Program-made: the position numbers and the translations under genes
Shown here: one piece after another, positions 1-7,118 of the stretch
Numbering within the stretch: the first letter of the stretch is position 1
How the letters are laid out: each line of letters begins with the position of its first letter
IMG/VR virus record: IMGVR_UViG_3300018080_005856
Span: 86,488 to 150,487 of that record
Source of the DNA: a virus
Strand: one strand, 5' to 3'
DNA length: 64,000 nt
The notes under the pieces: model-generated
What the model was told of the DNA's origin: nothing
What the model saw: only the letters and a program-made list of their open reading frames with translations
The model's database searches: none

Positions 1-369
1 CCCCTTGTAATGGCGGACGAGATTCCAGGGTTTGATCTAGTATTAACCCTTACCAACGAGTACGGGTTTGCTGCTATCACTACGCTGTATGGTGTTCAAA
101 TAGCTGACGAGGGTGGGGTCTTCGGAATGGATAACCTTATGACTGAAATGGTACTACAGTATACAGCTGTAGCTATGGATCCTATAATGGAAGTATCTCT
201 GGATGAGAATGGGGTCATAGATCCTTTTGGTATCCTACAGGGGGGTTATTCCAAAATGTGGAGAAAGCGGGAACTCATATCAGCCGGCGCTGGATTCTCA
301 GACTTGGAAGCAGCATATGAGAGGTATTATGATACAGTACTATTCACTCCGAAAGTAAGAAGTAAATAA
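1..369 (+). CDS. Tail-tube-family virion structural protein (5'-truncated by window edge)
   Basis: The frame is open from position 1 (PLVMADEIPGFDLVLTLTNEYG...TLYGVQIADEG...MDNLMTE...YTA). The D-x-I-P-x-F-D / NEYG / YGV-x-I pattern is typical of tail-tube-like proteins of large myoviruses. Confidence 0.65.
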   Translation, partial: PLVMADEIPGFDLVLTLTNEYGFAAITTLYGVQIADEGGVFGMDNLMTEMVLQYTAVAMDPIMEVSLDENGVIDPFGILQGGYSKMWRKRELISAGAGFSDLEAAYERYYDTVLFTPKVRSK

Positions 370-466
370 CTATAATGGCCACAATCAAAGATGCTACTGG
401 CCCTAGGGCCGCCAGCAAGGCAAAGCCTATTAACGCACCTATTACATGTCCAAAAGCTGATAACAT
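344..466 (-). CDS. Small 40-aa hydrophobic membrane protein (not in ORF track)
   Basis: Translates as MLSAFGHVIGALIGFALLAALGPVASLIVAIIVIYFLLSE*. Its ATG overlaps the TAA stop of the upstream lipoprotein (TAATG coupling) and it is almost entirely hydrophobic. Confidence 0.65.
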   Translation of the reverse strand: MLSAFGHVIGALIGFALLAALGPVASLIVAIIVIYFLLSE

Positions 467-1470
467 TAGGGGTACTCCCAGTTAATACCATCAGTAGTGT
501 ATCTGTTGTATAAAACGTAGTAGTGCTCCTGGTCGTCTGAATTCCACTCATAATAACCACCAACGATGTTCCATATTTTATCCTTGTATACTATTGCACT
601 ATAAGCCGGAAACGAGAAATTGTATGGGCAACCCGTACCGTAAAGTGAATCCATGGATACTCTGGACCAGTTCTCTAAATCGTCTATAGTGGTATTCCAT
701 ATATCATATAACTTTTGAGGAACTGTACCATATGCTTCTCTTCCTCCCATTACCCAGAACTTATTGTTATAAACAAGAAACGCATGGCCTGTTCTATGCG
801 GGACCAGCGTGTCTAGAGTTATGGCTTCCCACGTAACAGCATTATCTGATACAAACAGACCACTGCCTGAAGATATATATATTCTACCGTCATATACGAC
901 ACATCTAGGATGTCCAGATTCTAGGTTAGAATTATAACATCGCCAGGTTTCTCCATCGGTAGATGAACAAGCTGTACTGGCAGCTTCTAAGGAAGTGTGC
1001 ATTCCACCTATGACCCACATCGCACCATTGAAAACTATGAGAGAATGATATGCTCTTTTCCCGAAGGGGGCATGTTCTGTTACACAAGTCCAGTCTTTGC
1101 CATTAGAGGATGACCATACGTCGTCTTCATATTCGTAAGCTGGTGTAGGACCATCTGATAATTCTCCACCAGTGATCCATAGCTTCCCATTGTACTCTAC
1201 TATTCCATCCATCACCCTGGGAGGAAATTCTGGTTTGTCCTTTATAAGAGTCCAGTCTTTGCCATTCTTCGAAGAATATATTCCACCATAGTCTACTACT
1301 CCGCCGTACTCTGTGTGGTAACCACAGTGGACAAATATCTTGTCCTTGAATATTGTGACTGTAGGCCAGCTCAATGCCGGAAGTTCGTCGTATATTACTT
1401 CCTCTTCCAATCCACATCCTGGCAACAGAATGATAATGATGGCTATAATCTGAAATATCACTGGTTTCAT
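466..1470 (-). CDS. Kelch-like beta-propeller lipoprotein
   Basis: Start reassigned to ATG 1470 (MKPVIFQIIAIIIILLPGC), which follows an SD-like AGGTGAGGTG. It has the lipobox LPGC and repeated blades such as GKLWITGG...DVWSSSNGKDWT and GAMWVIGG...STDGETW. Confidence 0.8.
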   Translation of the reverse strand: MKPVIFQIIAIIIILLPGCGLEEEVIYDELPALSWPTVTIFKDKIFVHCGYHTEYGGVVDYGGIYSSKNGKDWTLIKDKPEFPPRVMDGIVEYNGKLWITGGELSDGPTPAYEYEDDVWSSSNGKDWTCVTEHAPFGKRAYHSLIVFNGAMWVIGGMHTSLEAASTACSSTDGETWRCYNSNLESGHPRCVVYDGRIYISSGSGLFVSDNAVTWEAITLDTLVPHRTGHAFLVYNNKFWVMGGREAYGTVPQKLYDIWNTTIDDLENWSRVSMDSLYGTGCPYNFSFPAYSAIVYKDKIWNIVGGYYEWNSDDQEHYYVLYNRYTTDGINWEYP

Positions 1471-1480
1471 AACTTTCACC

Positions 1481-3454
1481 TCACCTATACCAAATGTCCC
1501 ATGCCCAGCGGTCAGCTCCTTCACCTGTCAGCATAATAAGCTTATCTTTAAAAGATTCCATAGTATGCCCGCGTCTGGGTATAACTTCGCTATTAAAGCT
1601 TACAGGATTCCATGTTATACCGTCAGATGACGACCAGGTGTCGTCACGGCGGCCAAAGGTGTAAGGGCTTTCATCATCAAAATGTACCCTTAAACATACA
1701 GCAGTACAGTAGGCGTCATGTGTATATTCAATAGTGCCGTAACTTACCAGTGTGACCCCAACTTCCAAATCTGTAATTTCCGCCCAGGTCCAGGGCACCC
1801 CGGTGTCCGGGTTGTCTGTCCAGGTGTATGTTCTGCCTTCATAATTGCCTGTTGTAGATATTATTGGATCCAGATCTGTAGATTCAAATATAGAACCGTT
1901 TGTCATTATAGCTGCCCTCGCATTTGCAGAGGAACCGCTCCTTCTCACAGAAACAAACACCTCTATGCTTGCTATATAGCCGCCCCAGGCCAGAGGATTG
2001 TCCTCTACCTCGTAGAGGTCCCTGTAAGTGCCTCCGGATGGAGGACCGCCTTCAGTAGATACCCTGGTTATATCACCATCTATTTCTCCCGGATCATTTA
2101 CACTGCTGTAATGCGGAGAAGATGGGGGATACGGCATGCTGGTTTCTGAACCATCGCCAGTCACCATCAGTACACCTACTGCCGGGATCCCATACTCTCC
2201 GCCGTTGATCCATAACTTCCCGTCATGCACTGCGGAAGCAAACATTGCTCGTGTTCCAAAACCTATACCAGCTGGAGGTACTTTGTCCCATACAAGGCCG
2301 TCAGACGAATGCCACACTTCTGAACTATAGGTATAGCCAGTTATAAGACCATACGAAGACGGTGAAGAACTGTATGAGCATGACATGCCGCCGATAAGCC
2401 ACATCTCATTATTGAATACCCGCAACTCAAATAGGGTCCTGCTGGTGAATATGTCCCTGACGTGAGCCCAGTCTGCTGCATTGAATGGATAAGAAGGCCC
2501 ATGGTCAACTATGCACGTGTAATGAGAATTATAGTGTGTGACAATATCGCCTACAGAGTAGGACATATCGTACCGCCATCTTGGCGGAGTTACAAGCTCC
2601 CAGTCTACTCCGTTTGTAGACCGCCATACATCATTCTCAAATCCCATTCCGATACAGCCGCCTATAACCCACATGTAACCATCAAAAGAGACAGCTTTAT
2701 GGCCGGCCCTACCGCAGAACCCGGGACTGTTCGTTGCTCTGTGCCAGTCTGTGCCATCATAAGAGTACCATACGTCATCGTTGTATGTAGTATCCAGAGA
2801 CCGGCCTCCTATGTTCCATATTCTGCCATCATATACGCATGCTGCACTTGCATGGTTGGATATGTTTTCAAAGACAGGATGTTCTGTAGCCAGATACCAG
2901 TTGACAGCGTCATCTGTATACCATATATCATTAATGAAGTTACCCGAATCGAAGGTGGCTGTATTTACATAGTTCTGGTACCCATTAAAACCACCTATAA
3001 CCCATAACTTGTCATCAAATATAACTGACTGGTACAGACTTCTGGATCTGAACCATGACATTGAGGAAAGAGAAGCCCAGTTATCACCAACTTTTAGAGT
3101 ATGGCCGGCAGCCATTTGACTGTAATCACTGTACCCCTTACTATCACAGTATGCCTGAACCTGGTAGTAATAAAAGTATCCGTCTTTTACGTCAGTGTCA
3201 GTAAAGGACAGCTCTGTAGTTTCACCGATGTAATCTACAACTTCACAAGCTGCCCCGCTCCTGTAAATATAGTAGAGTTCAGCATACTCTACAGCATCCC
3301 AGGTTATTACTACTCTATCGGCATAATCACCGCAGGTAGCGTGTATGTTTTCCGGTGCCAGATAAGGGGGCTCCTCTTGCTCTATGTCATCATGGCATAG
3401 ACATCCTGAAAGGAGAATTAGTAGGAATTGACATAATATTGTTGCAGTCTTCAC
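1481..3454 (-). CDS. Lipoprotein: fibronectin type III + Kelch-like beta-propeller with inserted CBM5/12-like and jelly-roll-like modules
   Basis: Start reassigned to GTG 3454, with SD GGAGGT at 3460-3465 (MKTATILCQFLLILLSGC, lipobox). FN3 signature APENIHA...VITWDAVEYAELYYIYRS...YYYQVQAY. Blades KLWVIGG...DIWY, MWVIGG...DVWRSTNGVDW. Confidence 0.8.
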   Translation of the reverse strand: MKTATILCQFLLILLSGCLCHDDIEQEEPPYLAPENIHATCGDYADRVVITWDAVEYAELYYIYRSGAACEVVDYIGETTELSFTDTDVKDGYFYYYQVQAYCDSKGYSDYSQMAAGHTLKVGDNWASLSSMSWFRSRSLYQSVIFDDKLWVIGGFNGYQNYVNTATFDSGNFINDIWYTDDAVNWYLATEHPVFENISNHASAACVYDGRIWNIGGRSLDTTYNDDVWYSYDGTDWHRATNSPGFCGRAGHKAVSFDGYMWVIGGCIGMGFENDVWRSTNGVDWELVTPPRWRYDMSYSVGDIVTHYNSHYTCIVDHGPSYPFNAADWAHVRDIFTSRTLFELRVFNNEMWLIGGMSCSYSSSPSSYGLITGYTYSSEVWHSSDGLVWDKVPPAGIGFGTRAMFASAVHDGKLWINGGEYGIPAVGVLMVTGDGSETSMPYPPSSPHYSSVNDPGEIDGDITRVSTEGGPPSGGTYRDLYEVEDNPLAWGGYIASIEVFVSVRRSGSSANARAAIMTNGSIFESTDLDPIISTTGNYEGRTYTWTDNPDTGVPWTWAEITDLEVGVTLVSYGTIEYTHDAYCTAVCLRVHFDDESPYTFGRRDDTWSSSDGITWNPVSFNSEVIPRRGHTMESFKDKLIMLTGEGADRWAWDIWYR

Positions 3455-3475
3455 AATGTACCTCCAAGGTAGCAT

Positions 3476-3746
3476 GATCTAGATTTACTACCGGTGGGTT
3501 CCAGAAGTGAGCTATGTGAGATACATATCTTAATGAAGCCGTCTCCAGGGACCCATCGCGTTGTTCCCGCACGGACTCGTACTTATTAGTCATGAGTAGT
3601 TGTTCACTATGATTTGTGAACAAATATATCCAGTCAGTATCTGACTGTAATGCCTATCTCACATATGTAGGAAAGCTTTCCTAGTTGGAACTATATTTCG
3701 CGTTTCCGAGTGTTAGACCAGAAGCATCTTCTGGTTAGTGCCTTTC
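3476..3746. ncRNA. Candidate structured non-coding RNA / regulatory leader
   Basis: Intergenic stretch with nested inverted repeats: 3513-3523/3655-3665 (11 bp) and 3498-3503/3686-3691. Hairpins at 3600-3623, 3631-3647 and 3717-3735, and a 16-bp palindrome at 3668-3683. Confidence 0.45.
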
Positions 3747-4163
3747 CTATCTTGCTTCTTTACAAGCTTTATCCATTTCTTCGTTAAACTCCCGATTAAC
3801 ATGGACAGCTGTTATTGTTACATCATTCTCCTTCTCTATTTTAGATATTCTATCTTTATATGGTCTTAGCTTTCTACTCTTTACATTGTATACTCCGGTT
3901 AATTGGAGAACAACAAGTTCAGAGTCACCTATTACCCGTATCAATGTAGCATCTGGATCAGCAACCATGAGAGTTTCGATCCCAACCGTAACAGCTTCCC
4001 ACTCAGCTTCATTGTTTGTATGGATCCCATCCATTCTCCAGCTCTGTTCTATGATTGCACCAGAATCTGAAGTTGCTTTGAACGCGCAGCTGGCTTTCCC
4101 AGGATTGGGACTAGCGCCTCCATCAAATCTCAGTGTCCATACGTGTAGCTTCTTCTGTTCCAT
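3747..4163 (-). CDS. rnhA: Ribonuclease HI
   Basis: Motifs FDGGASPNPG, TNNEAEWEA, IGDSELVV and HVNREFNEEMD are present, giving the D-E-D-D catalytic residues of RNase HI. Confidence 0.9.
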   Translation of the reverse strand: MEQKKLHVWTLRFDGGASPNPGKASCAFKATSDSGAIIEQSWRMDGIHTNNEAEWEAVTVGIETLMVADPDATLIRVIGDSELVVLQLTGVYNVKSRKLRPYKDRISKIEKENDVTITAVHVNREFNEEMDKACKEAR

Positions 4164-4332
4164 TGACAGCCTCCTTATTGGAATCCTTGGCTTCCAGAGG
4201 TTCTGTCTTCTTCCTACGTACTACTAGACGTTTTCCACACTTCAGACATTCCTTCTGACTTGGGTCATCTATGAAGTTCTTTACTCCGCAGCTGCATAGT
4301 ATTTCCCTGTATTTATATCTTATCTCTTCCAA
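4123..4332 (-). CDS. Small zinc-ribbon protein
   Basis: CSCG...CLKCG cysteine pairs in a 69-aa ORF within the minus-strand operon. Confidence 0.6.
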   Translation of the reverse strand: MEEIRYKYREILCSCGVKNFIDDPSQKECLKCGKRLVVRRKKTEPLEAKDSNKEAVNGTEEATRMDTEI

Positions 4333-4342
4333 TGCAATCCCT

Positions 4343-4636
4343 CTAGTTGTATTTTATAAGTGATGTAACGGTATAGGAAAAGAACGAGGTAAGGAATCCT
4401 TGTAGCACGGGATACAGCCATGTGTCTATCCCTTCGGGTTTGATGATGAAGGATCCAAACACCCCTACCCAGAAACCTATACATTGTGAACAGTATAAGA
4501 ACTTGGATAGGTACGTATCTACGGGAGGAGATACCATCTCTATTATCTTATCTTTAATACCATCAAGGAGAAAGGCATTACTCATAGAAACAGTTACAGC
4601 TACCCATATAGTATTTACTATTATAAACTTAGTCAT
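4343..4636 (-). CDS. Small membrane protein with CxxC motif (DUF1360-like)
   Basis: Hydrophobic segments flank FLYCSQCIGFWVG. Confidence 0.55.
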   Translation of the reverse strand: MTKFIIVNTIWVAVTVSMSNAFLLDGIKDKIIEMVSPPVDTYLSKFLYCSQCIGFWVGVFGSFIIKPEGIDTWLYPVLQGFLTSFFSYTVTSLIKYN

Positions 4637-5048
4637 TTGACTCTTCTTCTAATAATGGTTTCAAAGCCAACCTCACCAGTCTGGCTATGTTAAAAGCCAC
4701 GTCGAGAAATGACCCCTCCTTTATAGCTTGTTTCACTCCGTCGTATTGATTACCACAGCCTGTCATTCCTGGCTCTTTCAGCACACAACCTTCACATCTA
4801 TCCTTGATATATATATGACATAGCGGGCACATTTCCTCAGTCGTAACGTGTCCTATATGTTGTCTGATACTCTTGTCTAAAACGGCTATAGTAAGATATT
4901 TACCAACAAGAGAATAAGCCTGGAGAAGCTCATCAGGGTACTTTCCTCTCATCTCATTTACAGTATCTACGGACAGCTGTGCGATACGTCTTATAAGTTC
5001 TTCTCCATGCATCCGTTGCGGCACCTCCTTACAACCGGGAGTTCCCAT
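4629..5048 (-). CDS. Hypothetical cysteine-cluster (Zn-binding) protein
   Basis: Contains CPLC...CEGC...GC and overlaps the next gene in operon style. Confidence 0.55.
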   Translation of the reverse strand: MGTPGCKEVPQRMHGEELIRRIAQLSVDTVNEMRGKYPDELLQAYSLVGKYLTIAVLDKSIRQHIGHVTTEEMCPLCHIYIKDRCEGCVLKEPGMTGCGNQYDGVKQAIKEGSFLDVAFNIARLVRLALKPLLEEESND

Positions 5049-5064
5049 CTCTTTCTATATACTC

Positions 5065-5301
5065 TCATTGTCCTGGGTCAAGCTCAATAATGCTGGATAT
5101 AGTATGATAGTCTATCACAGCTTTTGTATTCAGTATTATACTACTTTCCGTTATCTTTATTACTATTCCTGTCGCTATGTTTGTTGTCGGTGCTAGTTGA
5201 GTTGTAAAAGTATTGTACCATATTCCTACAATCTTTCCCACTAGACCAGAGTACCTGACTATACTCATTAAACCGCTGCTGCCAGTGTGTTCAATCCTCA
5301 T
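5065..5301 (-). CDS. Hypothetical protein
   Basis: 78-aa ORF tightly packed in the minus-strand operon. Confidence 0.5.
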   Translation of the reverse strand: MRIEHTGSSGLMSIVRYSGLVGKIVGIWYNTFTTQLAPTTNIATGIVIKITESSIILNTKAVIDYHTISSIIELDPGQ

Positions 5302-5309
5302 GGTGTTTC

Positions 5310-5576
5310 CTATCCAATAGAAACATCTATTTTAAGCTCAACTGGAACTACCTTACAATATCGAACGTTATTGGCTCCCCACTTTTCAACCGCCGTAACA
5401 TATATGGCCTTCTTTATCTTCATGTCTTGTGGTGATGATGAATATTCATCAAAACTCACAACCGTCTGCGTCTGGCCCTTCGGCGTCAGCTTTCGTATCA
5501 GAAGGAACTCCACTGTCGGGAGGTCCACCATTAGCTCCTCCTTGGTCTGGTTCTGCTCCTTTATCTTCCCCGCCAT
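5310..5576 (-). CDS. Hypothetical protein
   Basis: 88-aa ORF preceded by a strong SD (AGGAGG). Confidence 0.6.
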   Translation of the reverse strand: MAGKIKEQNQTKEELMVDLPTVEFLLIRKLTPKGQTQTVVSFDEYSSSPQDMKIKKAIYVTAVEKWGANNVRYCKVVPVELKIDVSIG

Positions 5577-5895
5577 CTTCTGGTTTCCTCCTTCTTATAG
5601 CTGATATCTCTTCTTTCATGGTATGTGTGTCCAACCATCTCTCCTTTTCCTCTTCCATAATACTATTGAGTGCCTTAGACAGAGCATACTGGAGTACCTT
5701 AGCTGGTGCTCTATTGTCACTCTTTACACTCATTCCTATGGATAACTTTCTTGTTATCCTCGACCCAGGCCCGTCTGGGCTGTCTGGGTCAGGAACAATA
5801 ATATCGATAGATTCCTGATATGTTTGCCATAAGGAATCTGTCCATAGATTATCCCGCATACCTCTGGTAGCGTCATCAAGTTCATTATCACCCAT
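5449..5895 (-). CDS. Hypothetical protein with acidic low-complexity C-terminus
   Basis: Starts just after the recA stop. Its C-terminal 128 nt overlap the next ORF in another frame. Confidence 0.5.
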   Translation of the reverse strand: MGDNELDDATRGMRDNLWTDSLWQTYQESIDIIVPDPDSPDGPGSRITRKLSIGMSVKSDNRAPAKVLQYALSKALNSIMEEEKERWLDTHTMKEEISAIRRRKPEDGGEDKGAEPDQGGANGGPPDSGVPSDTKADAEGPDADGCEF

Positions 5896-5902
5896 ATAAT
5901 CC

Positions 5903-6997
5903 TCACATTATTTCCTGTTGTTGTTCTGCAGACATCAGCTTGGTGTTGAGTACATTTGGATCCCTGCATATCGCAGCAATCTCATCTAGGATTGGCTTGT
6001 TGTTCAGAAGGAATTCTGTGACATTAGCCGCTCCCTGCCCCAGTCTTTCGCCATTGTATGAATACCAAGTACCAGCCTTGGTTATGACTCCCAATTTGGA
6101 GCCCATATCTACTATTCCAGATGCTACTGTCTTCTTGGCATCATAGTACATTGTGAACTCTTCAACAGCATAGGGAGGACCCACTTTATTCTTTATAGCT
6201 TTTACCTTTACAGTGTTTGCATACGCATCACTTCCAGATGTAAGCACACCAGTCTTTCTCATATCAAGACGAAGTGATGAGTAGAATTTCAGTGCATTTC
6301 CTCCAGTGGTTGTTTCGGGGCTACCAAACATAACCCCTATTTTGTGCCTTATCTGGTTTATGAATATGACACATGTCTTACTCTTGGCAATATTTCCGGT
6401 GAGTTTCCTTAGTGCCTGACTCATCAGCCTAGCCTGGAGACCCATATGGGAATCACCCATACTACCTTCCAGTTCAGCTCTAGGCACAAGAGATGCTACA
6501 GAGTCTATTACTATTACATCTATTACTCCCGACTTTACACCGTCCTCTACCATACTCAGAGCGTCTTCTCCAGTATCTGGTTGAGCAATGTTCAGCTTCT
6601 TTACTCCTATATTGCTTACGTGTCCAGGTTCCAGAGCATGCTCCATATCAACATATAGATGTTTTCCACCCATGGCCTGTGCCTGCTGTATCACATGTAA
6701 ACATAGGGTTGTTTTGCCAGACATTTCTGGGCCTATTATCTCGGTTATTCTTCCTCTGGGTATTCCTCCCACCCGGGTTACCCTGTCTACTGGAAGGATA
6801 CCGGTGGGTATTACTTCTACCTTAGAAGTAGTTTCTTCAGCCTCTTCAGCACTATCACCGAATACCATAATAGAACCATCTCCATAGGTCTTACGCATCT
6901 TGACAAGAGCCTCTTCATACAGTTCCTCTCTGCTCTTGTCTTTGTTTGGAGCCTCCTCAGGGGCTTTAGTAGTTTTACCTTTTGTTGCTTTACTCAT
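5903..6997 (-). CDS. recA: Recombinase RecA (bacterial type)
   Basis: Motifs GGIPRGRITEIIGPEMSGKTT (Walker A), IVIDSVASLVPRAELEG, GLQARLMSQALRKL, FINQIR, ETTTGGNALKFYSSLRLD and KNKVGPP. SD AAGGAGG upstream. Confidence 0.97.
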   Translation of the reverse strand: MSKATKGKTTKAPEEAPNKDKSREELYEEALVKMRKTYGDGSIMVFGDSAEEAEETTSKVEVIPTGILPVDRVTRVGGIPRGRITEIIGPEMSGKTTLCLHVIQQAQAMGGKHLYVDMEHALEPGHVSNIGVKKLNIAQPDTGEDALSMVEDGVKSGVIDVIVIDSVASLVPRAELEGSMGDSHMGLQARLMSQALRKLTGNIAKSKTCVIFINQIRHKIGVMFGSPETTTGGNALKFYSSLRLDMRKTGVLTSGSDAYANTVKVKAIKNKVGPPYAVEEFTMYYDAKKTVASGIVDMGSKLGVITKAGTWYSYNGERLGQGAANVTEFLLNNKPILDEIAAICRDPNVLNTKLMSAEQQQEIM

Positions 6998-7013
6998 TAG
7001 TGTTCCTCCTTGT

Positions 7014-7043
7014 TTATTTCCCTCTATAAGTTCCAGACCTCAT
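7014..7043 (-). CDS. Possible 9-aa leader peptide (MRSGTYRGK) upstream of recA
   Basis: ATG at 7043 with a GAGGA SD-like element upstream. Its stop lies just before the recA SD. Confidence 0.25.
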   Translation of the reverse strand: MRSGTYRGK

Positions 7044-7048
7044 AGTCT

Positions 7049-7070
7049 TTGTATCCTCAATATGATACAA
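7049..7070. promoter_or_regulatory. Putative operator (7-bp inverted repeat) overlapping -10/+1 of the recA promoter
   Basis: TTGTATC-N8-GATACAA is a perfect inverted repeat. Confidence 0.45.
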
Positions 7071-7096
7071 TACACCATGTAACTATATATTGTCAA
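7067..7096 (-). promoter_or_regulatory. Sigma70-type promoter for the recA operon
   Basis: Minus strand reads TTGACA (7096-7091), an 18-nt spacer, then TATTGT (7072-7067). Confidence 0.6.
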
Positions 7097-7118
7097 GCAC
7101 ATATCAACGGAGAAATAT

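Noticed and set aside
375-485. 36-aa plus-strand ORF and GGCCCTAGGGCC palindrome (399-410) as a terminator
   Set aside because: The coupled minus-strand membrane peptide explains the region better, and the palindrome has no loop or U-tract.
3390-3623. 77-aa minus-strand ORF
   Set aside because: It overlaps the lipoprotein start, has no clear SD or motif, and lies in the hairpin-rich non-coding element.
3660-3690. RNase P or tmRNA identity for the structured element (GGAAAG resemblance)
   Set aside because: It lacks the full GAGGAAAGUCC/P4 pattern and any tRNA-like ends, so it is left as an unassigned structured element.
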